Of a DNA stretch of 64,000 nt, positions 36,166 through 45,566 are shown piece by piece. Numbering within the stretch: the first letter of the stretch is position 1; each line of letters starts with the position of its first letter. The stretch lies in the IMG/VR virus record IMGVR_UViG_3300027833_000011. One strand, 5' to 3'. The notes under the pieces were generated by a model. That model was not told the DNA's origin. It ran no database searches and saw only the letters and a program-made list of their open reading frames with translations. Both the position numbers and the translations under genes were made by a program. The stretch comes from a virus (Duplodnaviria > Caudoviricetes).

Positions 36166-37668
36166 ATGAAGTTATTTTTTACTTTTTACAGTAAAGAAAG
36201 TATTCCTAAATTACACCATTTTTTCAATCACTATAGGAACTTAGGTGTTACCAATTTTTACGCTATATATCACACATATGGAGAACATAGTAAAGATGTT
36301 TTAGATTATGTAATGAAAAATGCTATGGTTGTTAAGATATGGGATGGAGTATTTAATGAGCATAATAAAATTAAACATATAAATGATGCGAGATTAAAAT
36401 TCTCAAGTTATGGAGAATGGTCGTTTACTGTTGATTGTGATGAATTTATCGATATAAGTCTAAACGACTTAAACAAAGTGATTAATAGTGATGCTAACTA
36501 TGTTAAGTTTAGTTTAATCGATAGGGTATCTAAACCATCACTTAAAGAAGTCACTATTGAAGAGGATATAGAAATGACGTTTCCACATTATTCTTTTATT
36601 ACGTATCGTTTATTAGAGGGGACGACATCTAAAGTGCCTCTATCTGTTCGTGAAGTTATTATTGGTTTAGGTTATCATGATGTCATTGGAGAACAAGAGC
36701 AAGTGGTTAAGTTAATAAAACACCCTTTAAATGGGTATGTTAATCACTTTAAATGGGATAGTGATGTTATCTATACTATACACGATAGGGTTACTAATAG
36801 GTTAATAGATGACGGAAGTGCTGATGATTATATAGAAGAATGTGAAGTTGCGTTGTCTTTAGATTATGATAATGTGATTACCTACGACAAACCTTTAGGT
36901 ATGAAGTTATTGTTTATAGTTTGGTCTCTTCAGGATTATAATATGTTAAAACAATTCTTCATACATTATAGAACTTTAGGGGTTACCAAATTTTATTGTA
37001 TTTTTCACACTTACGGTATGGAAGATAATTTTATTTATGATTTCGTTAAAGAAAACGCTGAGATTGTACACCATTGGGATGAGAAATATACTACGGAGTG
37101 GGAATGTAAACTCAAAAATAAATATAAAAGGGAAATATGTGATGATGAGAACGAATGGGTATGGTGTGTTGACGCTGACGAATTTGTTGATGTCTCACAA
37201 GATTTTGTGAGGGAAGTAATACGTAGTGACTCAAATTACGTTAATGGGTGGATGGTAGATAGGTTTTCTGAAGAGGGGTTAATAGTTCCATTGGATGATA
37301 ATATGTTTAAACAGTTCCCTATTAGAACTTACTATACTCGTTTTAAATTAAACGGTTCTGGTTCTAAAATCCCATTAACTCGTTCTTATGTTCTTATTGG
37401 TGTGGGACATCATGTGGTACTAAACGAATTGTACGATTATCAATTAAATGACGATAGAGTCTTAATTCCTTATAATGGTGATGAGGAAACTTGGATTGAA
37501 GTTGCTCATATCAAATGGCATTATCAATTGTTGGAGGAAATATATAATAAATTCACTAAAACAATGAATTTATGTCAATATTCGGCAAGAGAAATGGGAG
37601 TATTTGTCTTAGATTATTGTTATAAGAAAAAATCAATAACTGAGATTATTAAAGATGTGAGGATATGA
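36166..37668 (+). CDS. Tandem-duplicated GT2-like (Glyco_tranf_2_4-type) protein
   Basis: Two homologous halves: HYRNLGV...TVDCDEF...HFKW and HYRTLGV...CVDADEF...HIKW. Confidence 0.75.
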   Translation: MKLFFTFYSKESIPKLHHFFNHYRNLGVTNFYAIYHTYGEHSKDVLDYVMKNAMVVKIWDGVFNEHNKIKHINDARLKFSSYGEWSFTVDCDEFIDISLNDLNKVINSDANYVKFSLIDRVSKPSLKEVTIEEDIEMTFPHYSFITYRLLEGTTSKVPLSVREVIIGLGYHDVIGEQEQVVKLIKHPLNGYVNHFKWDSDVIYTIHDRVTNRLIDDGSADDYIEECEVALSLDYDNVITYDKPLGMKLLFIVWSLQDYNMLKQFFIHYRTLGVTKFYCIFHTYGMEDNFIYDFVKENAEIVHHWDEKYTTEWECKLKNKYKREICDDENEWVWCVDADEFVDVSQDFVREVIRSDSNYVNGWMVDRFSEEGLIVPLDDNMFKQFPIRTYYTRFKLNGSGSKIPLTRSYVLIGVGHHVVLNELYDYQLNDDRVLIPYNGDEETWIEVAHIKWHYQLLEEIYNKFTKTMNLCQYSAREMGVFVLDYCYKKKSITEIIKDVRI

Positions 37669-39116
37669 TAGGTATACATTCGGTCTTTAGTAATGAGAAT
37701 AGAGGGTTTATTTATAATGTAAACACAGAAATTAGTACTGTTGAGTTATATACGTGGGTTTATTCAATATTAACGTGGAAAAGAGATGGTCATCCATTAT
37801 ATCTCTATTGTGATGATAAAATTAATGACTTTGTTATCAAATACGGTTTTTCTCATTTATATGATGAGGTAAGAGTTAGAAATTATAACGACGACATACA
37901 CGAATGTTTTTGGTCGTATAATAAAATACGTGTGATTGAAGAGTTTGGGGAACCAGTATGTTTGTTCGATGTGGACACTTTTTTTAGGAATACCGAATTT
38001 ACTAAGTTACAATATGATATGATAACATATCATTATGAGTTATGGGATTTGGAGTTAAAAAATAAAATGTTTAACAGTAAAGATAGTTTAAAAAACTTAA
38101 GTTTCTACCAAACGGTAGACGATAGTGTTGAGGTTGTTAATGGTAGTTTACTAATTTTTAATAGTTATGATTTAAAAACAGAATTTTTACGTAACGCTAA
38201 AGAGGTTGTTGATACTATAAAAACAATCGATTATGAAAGTCAATTTGAGTATGATTCGTATACCATTTTTATGGAACAGGTTAATTTGGGTTATTTAAAT
38301 AAGAAATATCACTGTGGTAAAGTTTCTAAAAGAAATGAGTGGGGAGATTATAGATTTAACAGGAACGAACCATTTGTTCATTTAGGTCATAATAAAGAAC
38401 GATTGGAGTATGGTAATCCACAAACAAAACAAAGATATGTTCAGGTAATTAAGGAGAAGATTATTGAGTTAGGATATCCTGAGTTTGAAAAGTTATTTAC
38501 CTTAACGACGTTCGAAGGTGATAAGACCCAAAACTCTTTAACACCTCAAAGGGTTAAACCAACCGCTAGAAATATGGGTGATAAGATAAGTTCTGAATTG
38601 TTCACTAAATGGTATGGTGATAATGCGGAGTTATTGAAAGATAGTCGATTTGACATTGCGATATGGGGTTCTATATTGGGTAATGACATTGACTTGATTA
38701 TATCAACGTCTAAAGGGGTTAATGTAAGTGATAAAGACTTAGAAGATTTTATGTTATCAATACATAGGTCAGGTGATTATCTCAGTATTACTGTTGAGGT
38801 ATTATATACCAATAATATTGACTATTTTAGAGAATTTAGAATGGAAAATTCTCAAAAAGTAAAAGAAGACATTCTTATTGGGTTTGTTTCTGAAGCGGAT
38901 TATGAGTCAAACGGTGAGTTAAGAACGGTGGGTAACTTAAAGTTTTATGAAGGACCATTTAACGATGCTTACTATAAATCAACAAATAAACATGATGAAG
39001 TTCTATTTATAGATTCAGTAAAAGATATAAAAAACAACGATGGTTATACACATTTTTCATCTGAGGTTTATAATACCATATATGAAAGGTTTGGAATTTT
39101 CAGTATGTTAGGCTGA
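37665..39116 (+). CDS. GT-A-like (DUF6734-like) domain fused to a nucleotidyltransferase-like domain
   Basis: N-terminal LYCD...FWSYNK...CLFDVD; C-terminal WGSILGNDIDLII. Confidence 0.55.
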   Translation: MIGIHSVFSNENRGFIYNVNTEISTVELYTWVYSILTWKRDGHPLYLYCDDKINDFVIKYGFSHLYDEVRVRNYNDDIHECFWSYNKIRVIEEFGEPVCLFDVDTFFRNTEFTKLQYDMITYHYELWDLELKNKMFNSKDSLKNLSFYQTVDDSVEVVNGSLLIFNSYDLKTEFLRNAKEVVDTIKTIDYESQFEYDSYTIFMEQVNLGYLNKKYHCGKVSKRNEWGDYRFNRNEPFVHLGHNKERLEYGNPQTKQRYVQVIKEKIIELGYPEFEKLFTLTTFEGDKTQNSLTPQRVKPTARNMGDKISSELFTKWYGDNAELLKDSRFDIAIWGSILGNDIDLIISTSKGVNVSDKDLEDFMLSIHRSGDYLSITVEVLYTNNIDYFREFRMENSQKVKEDILIGFVSEADYESNGELRTVGNLKFYEGPFNDAYYKSTNKHDEVLFIDSVKDIKNNDGYTHFSSEVYNTIYERFGIFSMLG

Positions 39117-39154
39117 AAAAATATTAACTGAATATTTATAATAAAAGAATATAG

Positions 39155-41266
39155 ATGGCATATCTAAAGAAAAATATAGAAACATTAATTGATATTAAAA
39201 TTACAGACAAAGGTAGGGAGTTAATTTCTACAGGTAAGTTCTGTAACATTGAGTATTTTCAGGTTGGTGATTCTGAATTTGACTATAAAAACGAAACTAT
39301 CTTTAAGAGAGATGGGAAGAAAGACACGCAGATTGTGTTTAGAGCTAAAGATAAGGATTCGGATGTTAAATATCCAATACCTGTCGGTAGTGAAAGTCCT
39401 GACGACCCATTAAGTTGTAATACTTACGGTAGGGTTTACCCAAATCATCAAGAAGAGGTTGTAAGTAAGAAAGTAGAGTTTTTAGGTGTGACACAAAATC
39501 AAAATATAAAGACACCGTTAGGTATATGTGTGCCATTGATGAACTTTGATGGGACAGATACTTTGGTGACTAACAAGTTAATATCTTGTGAGTATATTTT
39601 AATCAAATTTCCCCAAGACCCGTCAAACGTTTTAGATACTGATGGTCCTTGTTTATGGTATAAAGTCGTTTCGTTTATTGATGAGAATACGATTCAATTA
39701 GACAGACCTTTACCTAACTATTCTTTTGTTACTGACCTTAGTAAAGAGGCGACATTATTTGAATACGCAAAAAGAGAGACTACGGAATATTTAGATTTCA
39801 ATGTTGCGTGGACTGAGGAGTTTGCTGGTTTTGATGTTAACTTACCAAGAACATTTGCTGAAGGGTCTAAATATCTATCGGCTAAAGAGATGTTCGGTTA
39901 TACGTCATACGAGCATGGAGACAATTATTATTCATGTAACCCTGAACCAACAACGACCACTACAACGACAATATGTCCTCCTGAGTTTTTATCATTGGAC
40001 CTAACAAGAGAACCTACAGTACAATTATTTAGTAATGTTGAAGTAAGTGGAGAGAGTTGGGATTATTGTTCTTCTTATGTAGATTCTTACGGTAAAGAGG
40101 TTTATGTGTATCCTGACGAACAAAAATTTATTGGTATAATACATTATACTAAATGGGAAGACTATTATGGAACGGGTGAATGGTGGAAAGAATTTGACGG
40201 TGAATTCGAATTAAACCTACCAACGTTAATGTACCATAGAGATGAAGATAATAAAATGGGACATAAGTTTAAAATGGGTTCAATCAATAACTACGTTAAG
40301 TCGTTAGTGAATGATGAAATGGATTCTGAAGGTGAAGTTTATTTCGATTTAATTGATACAACAAGTAATCAAAATATTGTTGGTAAGATATTCCCACACA
40401 AACAAGCGATTGTTATCGACGACGAAGAGATATTAATGGCATTATCAATGAAGTCTAATAGAAATTGGACATTACCGGCACCAAAGGCGGTTAGAATATC
40501 GTCAGATGCTGATTGTATCGATTCTCCTGATGATGTTATGTTACCTAAAGACTTAACAAAACAAGTTTTTATTTCTTATATGTTCTACAATAAGAATAAC
40601 AAAATGTATTCGGCACCATCGGCTCAATACGTTAGGGTTGACCCTAGTGGTACTGATGATTTTGATGTTGCGGTTTCATTTAAAGATGGTTTTAATTTCT
40701 TAAGAGATAAGATTATCACGGACAACAATCCAGGGTTTCAAGCGACTAATTTCTATATTTTAGTACAACAGGTTGATACTAAAGATAAACCATTACCTGA
40801 CGAATGGAGGTATATTGAGTATACTGATAGTTTAAATGGGTTTACTGGTGGTAACATATTAAGTTCTCACTTAACCGGAACTAAATTCATAGTCAACTCT
40901 GAACTATATAATAACGCAAATGCGTTCAACTACAGACAGTTAATTGGTTATCCTAATCAGAATGAAAGAAATAATCTAATCTTTGGTGATGAGTTTATGT
41001 TAATGGGGGATGTTACCCTAAACAAACAACACAGTGTTTATGTTATGAACTACATAGTAGACCTACCAAGTAATAAGTTTATAAGGTCACAAAACCCGAC
41101 ATGGGACCAAGACACTGACAGTAAAAAACAGGACTTATATATTACCGAAGTTGCTTTATACAACGACGATAAGGATATGGTTGCAATTGGTAAGGTGTCA
41201 AAACCACACAAAAGAAAGGTTGACCCTGCTAGTAATCAGGTTATATCGGTTAAATTAGATTTTTAA
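39155..41266 (+). CDS. Virion structural protein (baseplate/tail-associated) with a short Thr stalk
   Basis: N-terminal KITDKGRE...FQVGDSE and C-terminal YITEVALYND..DMVAIGK motifs typical of large myovirus virion proteins; contains PTTTTTTTICP. Confidence 0.65.
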   Translation: MAYLKKNIETLIDIKITDKGRELISTGKFCNIEYFQVGDSEFDYKNETIFKRDGKKDTQIVFRAKDKDSDVKYPIPVGSESPDDPLSCNTYGRVYPNHQEEVVSKKVEFLGVTQNQNIKTPLGICVPLMNFDGTDTLVTNKLISCEYILIKFPQDPSNVLDTDGPCLWYKVVSFIDENTIQLDRPLPNYSFVTDLSKEATLFEYAKRETTEYLDFNVAWTEEFAGFDVNLPRTFAEGSKYLSAKEMFGYTSYEHGDNYYSCNPEPTTTTTTTICPPEFLSLDLTREPTVQLFSNVEVSGESWDYCSSYVDSYGKEVYVYPDEQKFIGIIHYTKWEDYYGTGEWWKEFDGEFELNLPTLMYHRDEDNKMGHKFKMGSINNYVKSLVNDEMDSEGEVYFDLIDTTSNQNIVGKIFPHKQAIVIDDEEILMALSMKSNRNWTLPAPKAVRISSDADCIDSPDDVMLPKDLTKQVFISYMFYNKNNKMYSAPSAQYVRVDPSGTDDFDVAVSFKDGFNFLRDKIITDNNPGFQATNFYILVQQVDTKDKPLPDEWRYIEYTDSLNGFTGGNILSSHLTGTKFIVNSELYNNANAFNYRQLIGYPNQNERNNLIFGDEFMLMGDVTLNKQHSVYVMNYIVDLPSNKFIRSQNPTWDQDTDSKKQDLYITEVALYNDDKDMVAIGKVSKPHKRKVDPASNQVISVKLDF

Positions 41267-41321
41267 GACTTTATTTAGTTTTAAATATTGTTAAGTTTAT
41301 AACTCAAAAGATATAATACAT

Positions 41322-41945
41322 ATGAGACCTAGTCAGAAAAAGAGCCCAAAATTATTGGGGTTAGACATATCAACAAAGACAATTGGATTTGCTTTGTTCG
41401 AAAAATCAGATATGAGTTTATTAGAACTCACCCACTATTCACCAATAATTAAACCAAGACCTGAAGACCTTATTGAAGAATTAATCAAAAAGGCGGATGC
41501 GTTTTCTAAGAAACTAACAACGTATCAAGATATTGGTATTGAGTTGGTGGTGATAGAACAACCACTACTAAATTCTAATAATATATATACGGTTGGGACT
41601 TTAATGAAATTTAACGCATTGATTTCTAAAATAGTATATGATATATTGGGTGTAGTACCTAAATACATATCAACTTACGACTCAAGAAAATACGCATACC
41701 CTAACTTATACGCAGAAAACGTAAGGGGTAAAAAAGTGTTGTTTGGGGGTTATCCAAAAGGATGTGATAAGAAACACATTATTTGGGAGCAAGTTGCCGA
41801 AAAGGAACCACAAATTACTTGGTTATATACGAGAAACAACACTCTGAAGAAAGAGAATTTTGATATGACCGATGCGTATACGTGTGTGTTGGGTTATGTT
41901 AACGTTCTTAAAGAAAAGAAAGAAAAGGAAGAAAAAGGGGAATAG
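41322..41945 (+). CDS. RuvC-like Holliday junction resolvase
   Basis: LGLDIST..IG, VIEQP and DMTDA acidic tetrad. Confidence 0.75.
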   Translation: MRPSQKKSPKLLGLDISTKTIGFALFEKSDMSLLELTHYSPIIKPRPEDLIEELIKKADAFSKKLTTYQDIGIELVVIEQPLLNSNNIYTVGTLMKFNALISKIVYDILGVVPKYISTYDSRKYAYPNLYAENVRGKKVLFGGYPKGCDKKHIIWEQVAEKEPQITWLYTRNNTLKKENFDMTDAYTCVLGYVNVLKEKKEKEEKGE

Positions 41946-41946
41946 A

Positions 41947-41978
41947 TTTGACTAGTCAAGTATAATTCTTTATTTTTA
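41947..41978 (+). promoter_or_regulatory. Bacteroidota-type promoter variant with an overlapping 12-bp palindrome
   Basis: TTTG-N20-TATTTTTA; TTGACTAGTCAA at 41948..41959. Confidence 0.55.
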
Positions 41979-41982
41979 CCCT

Positions 41983-42924
41983 ATGAGTGAAAACTTAGAT
42001 ACAGATTTATTATTATCGTTAGTTGAGGATGTTTTAGGTGAATACCGTAAACACAATGACGGACATGGTCAAATATCATTTGACTGTCCTACCTGTTCTT
42101 ATGATATAAAAGGATTAGATGATGGTGACGGAAAAGGTAACTTGGAAGTTAACTATCATCGTAATGTATTTAAGTGTTGGGCATGTTCAGAAACACACGG
42201 GACACACGGTTCAATATATAAGTTAGTCAATATGTGGGGAACCCCATACCAAAAGAAACAACTTTCTTTGGTCATGCCAGATACCTTTATGGATAGAGGT
42301 GAGATTAAGTATGAGGTTGTTAAATTACCAAAAGAATACGTTAGATTTAAAGATGCTACTGTTGGGTTAAAGATGACTCATCATTACAAATACGCATATA
42401 ACTATTTGAAAGGTCGTGGTATTAGTGACGAGGTTATTGATAAACACCATATGGGTTTTTGTTATGACGGACCATATTCGGGTAGGATTATCGTTCCTTC
42501 ATATACTCAGGACATGGAGTTAAACTTTTTTGTGTCAAGGTTATATGGTAATGGTTTCTTAAAATATAAGAACCCCAAAGCGTCTAAAGATACGTTAATA
42601 TTTAACGAGTATTTAATCGATTGGAATAAAGACATATATATTTGTGAAGGTGTCTTTGATAGTATATTCTTACCTAATTCAATACCTTTGTTGGGTAAGT
42701 TTATTAACGATTATCTATGGGGTCGACTTTACGATGACGCAAAAGGTGATATAATTATATGTTTAGACGGTGATGCTTGGGCAGATGCCGAAAAATTATA
42801 TTATAAATTAAATGGTGGTAGACTTTACGGAAGGGTTAAAGTTGTCAAACTACCTGAAGATAAAGACATCGGTGACCTAAGAGGTGTGTTACCTGAAGGT
42901 TCGGTGTTAGAATTAGAAAGATAA
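41983..42924 (+). CDS. dnaG: DNA primase (Zn finger + TOPRIM)
   Basis: CPTC...CWAC Zn finger, GRIIVP, KYKNP, ICEGVFD and CLDGD motifs. Confidence 0.9.
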   Translation: MSENLDTDLLLSLVEDVLGEYRKHNDGHGQISFDCPTCSYDIKGLDDGDGKGNLEVNYHRNVFKCWACSETHGTHGSIYKLVNMWGTPYQKKQLSLVMPDTFMDRGEIKYEVVKLPKEYVRFKDATVGLKMTHHYKYAYNYLKGRGISDEVIDKHHMGFCYDGPYSGRIIVPSYTQDMELNFFVSRLYGNGFLKYKNPKASKDTLIFNEYLIDWNKDIYICEGVFDSIFLPNSIPLLGKFINDYLWGRLYDDAKGDIIICLDGDAWADAEKLYYKLNGGRLYGRVKVVKLPEDKDIGDLRGVLPEGSVLELER

Positions 42925-42934
42925 AAAAGAAGAT

Positions 42935-43624
42935 ATGATACATCCAGAAATTTACAGTTATTTTGATGATAAAGAGGCTTGGAAAAGAAAGTATATGAGA
43001 CCTGAGGCTTTATCAATGGAGTGGGATATGATGTTAGAAGAGGTTGGACCTGATGTCTACCAATTTCCACTATTTAAAGAAGAGTTATGTGCTAAATTAA
43101 TTGAAGAAGCTGAAGCGACACAATCGTGGACACATAAAAGACACGCGTTTTATCCCACTACGGATATGTTGGTCGAGACCTTTGGGTTTGAAGAGATATA
43201 CCATGAGATTATGGATGACTATATTATGGGAGCGGCAAGACACATTTACCAATTAAATGGTCAGAATTGGGACCAAGGAAATGTATATTCCGAGAATTTT
43301 ATGATACGTTATTCACCTGAAGAACAGGGACATTTATCATTACATTATGACCAATCGTCAATATCGTGTAACGTAGCATTAAATAACGACTTTGAGGGTG
43401 GTGGTACGTATTTCTCAAGACATAAGGTATTGGCGAAAGCTAAAGGAACAGGTTATGTTACATTTCATCCTGGACAGATAACACACAAACACGGAGGGAT
43501 GCCGACAAACAAAGGAACCCGATATATTATTGTTTCATTTATGAATGACGATAAAAATAGAGAAAATCACATTAATGATTTAGAAAGATTTGCTAACGAA
43601 AAAGGATTCTATAATGATAAATAA
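42935..43624 (+). CDS. 2OG-Fe(II) dioxygenase, PLOD (procollagen lysyl hydroxylase) catalytic-domain-like
   Basis: PDVYQFPL, PTTD, NFMIRY.PEEQ..L.LHYD, NVALN..FEGGG, HPG.ITHKHGG.PT..GTRYI.VSF; HxD, distal H and R are intact. Confidence 0.8.
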   Translation: MIHPEIYSYFDDKEAWKRKYMRPEALSMEWDMMLEEVGPDVYQFPLFKEELCAKLIEEAEATQSWTHKRHAFYPTTDMLVETFGFEEIYHEIMDDYIMGAARHIYQLNGQNWDQGNVYSENFMIRYSPEEQGHLSLHYDQSSISCNVALNNDFEGGGTYFSRHKVLAKAKGTGYVTFHPGQITHKHGGMPTNKGTRYIIVSFMNDDKNRENHINDLERFANEKGFYNDK

Positions 43625-44393
43625 GATAGTACATTTCTCAGATTTACATTTAAGATTATATCAATATCATGCTCAATATAAAGAAATATTGACTGATATG
43701 TTACAACAATTTAAAGACGAGGAACCTGACCGTATAGTTTTTACTGGTGATTTAGTACATTCAAAAAATCAGATTACACCTGAACTTATTGATGTGACAA
43801 GGTGGGTGTTAGATGAATGTTCTAAAATTGCGAGGACGGTATTAATAATTGGTAATCATGATTTCTTAGAAAACAATATGGATAGGATGGATTCAATCAG
43901 TCCTATTTTAGATTCTATGAATAATGATAATATTGATTATTATATGGATAAGGGGTTGTATGAAGATGAGAATGTGGTGTGGGTTGTGTATTCGTTAAGG
44001 ACACATAACGAACCACCTGTTATTGATAGAGTTGAGGGTAAGAAACACATTGGATTATTTCACGGACCAGTACATGGGTTAACGACTGACGTTGGTTATG
44101 AATTTTCAGAAGGTTATGACCCGTTTAAATTTAAAGGTTGTGATTTGGTATTGTGTGGTGATATACATAAAAGACAGATATTTGATATTCCTGAAGGTAA
44201 GGCGTATATGGTCGGTTCGACAATACAACAAAACTTTGGAGAGTCAGTTTCAAAACATGGGTATGGTACCTACTATATAGATAAAGATGAATATTCGTTT
44301 ACGGACTTAGATAATAAGTCACCTTTCTTACAATTTAAGATTACGGATATTGAGGACATTGAGAATGGGAAAGAAGTTTTGCTTAACGCTTGA
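43614..44393 (+). CDS. sbcD: SbcD/Mre11/gp47-like metallophosphoesterase nuclease
   Basis: SDLH, GDLVH, GNHD, FHG and GDIH motifs; ATG start preferred over the tracked TTG at 43590. Confidence 0.88.
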   Translation: MINKIVHFSDLHLRLYQYHAQYKEILTDMLQQFKDEEPDRIVFTGDLVHSKNQITPELIDVTRWVLDECSKIARTVLIIGNHDFLENNMDRMDSISPILDSMNNDNIDYYMDKGLYEDENVVWVVYSLRTHNEPPVIDRVEGKKHIGLFHGPVHGLTTDVGYEFSEGYDPFKFKGCDLVLCGDIHKRQIFDIPEGKAYMVGSTIQQNFGESVSKHGYGTYYIDKDEYSFTDLDNKSPFLQFKITDIEDIENGKEVLLNA

Positions 44394-45252
44394 TAAAAAC
44401 GTTTTAGATTTTTGTAAATTAAATGACATTGAAGATGTTAGGGAATTTGCTATAAAATGTTTTGAAAAGGGTCTGACTATTGAGAAATATGGTGAGACAC
44501 CTTTACTTATGCCCAAAGAAATCAAGACGGTGATTAAAGAAATTGAAAAAGAAGTAATCAAAGAAGTTGAAGTACCTGTTGAGGTCATTAAAGAGGTTAA
44601 AGTAGAGGTTCCCGTTGAGAAAATAGTGGAAAAAATTGTTGAAAAACCTATTGAAGTGATAAAGGAAGTCATTAAAGAGGTACCAGTCGACAAAATAGTG
44701 GAAGTGGAGAAAGAGGTCGTTGTCTATAAAGAAAGACCCGTAGAAATCATAAAAGAGGTTGAGAAGATAGTTGAAAAAGAAGTCCCAATAGAGAAAATTA
44801 AGGAAATCGAAGTAATTAAAGAGGTCTATATAACGGATGACAAGCAGGTTGAGGAACTTGGTGATAAAATAACACAGTTAGAGAAACAAAATAAGGATTT
44901 GTCCCAAAAAGTGATTAAATTAGAGACAACTCCCCCTAAAATTGTGGAAAAAGAAATACCGATTGAGAAAATTAAGATAGTTGATAGGGAAGTCCCTGTT
45001 GAAATCATCAAAGAGGTTGAGAAAATAGTAGAAAAACCTATTGAAGTGATAAAGGAAGTCATTAAAGAGGTAAAAGTAGAGGTTCCTGTTGAAAAAATCG
45101 TCAAGATTAAGGATAACTCTGAAATAGAAAAATTGACTAAACATAATAAAGAATTAATTGAGTCATTAGCTAAATATGACGAAATGTTTAGTAAATTTGA
45201 ACAGAAAATAAGCGTTAAAAAATCAAAAAGAGATAATTTATATGATGAGTAG
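44365..45252 (+). CDS. V/E/K/I-rich repeat protein (alveolin/articulin-like EKIVEVP repeats)
   Basis: Repeated EVPVEKIVEK / EVIKEV units; 42-nt exact duplication at 44641 and 45031; start uncertain (44350 or 44365). Confidence 0.7.
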   Translation: MGKKFCLTLDKNVLDFCKLNDIEDVREFAIKCFEKGLTIEKYGETPLLMPKEIKTVIKEIEKEVIKEVEVPVEVIKEVKVEVPVEKIVEKIVEKPIEVIKEVIKEVPVDKIVEVEKEVVVYKERPVEIIKEVEKIVEKEVPIEKIKEIEVIKEVYITDDKQVEELGDKITQLEKQNKDLSQKVIKLETTPPKIVEKEIPIEKIKIVDREVPVEIIKEVEKIVEKPIEVIKEVIKEVKVEVPVEKIVKIKDNSEIEKLTKHNKELIESLAKYDEMFSKFEQKISVKKSKRDNLYDE

Positions 45253-45562
45253 TTTAATATTGTTTGCGTTTGTGGCATATGGTATGACCACAATAATAGT
45301 TTACGGTTCTATATTAGAAGGAATTCGTAATTTCATACATAAAAAGGGGGAAAATAATTCGTTTATGAAGTTTTTCTCAGACTTAGTAGGTTGTGTGTTA
45401 TGTACATCGACATGGGTAGGATTCTTCTTATCAATAACGATGTTTTCACCAACTAATACTATTTATGGTATATCCCTACCGATGACAATATTCTTTGACG
45501 GAATGTTTTCAGCGGGAATAGTATGGGGAATAAACACACTTATAGAGTGGTTTGAAGATTAA
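45242..45562 (+). CDS. Small membrane protein, DUF1360-like
   Basis: Hydrophobic helices and LVGCVLCTSTWVG (CxxC..W). Confidence 0.55.
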   Translation: MMSSLILFAFVAYGMTTIIVYGSILEGIRNFIHKKGENNSFMKFFSDLVGCVLCTSTWVGFFLSITMFSPTNTIYGISLPMTIFFDGMFSAGIVWGINTLIEWFED

Positions 45563-45566
45563 TATT

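Noticed and set aside
43590-45566. Tracked upstream starts at 43590 and 45552 (TTG), 44350, and 17241 (ATG)
   Set aside because: They create long overlaps; downstream ATGs give normal coupling, so starts were adjusted.
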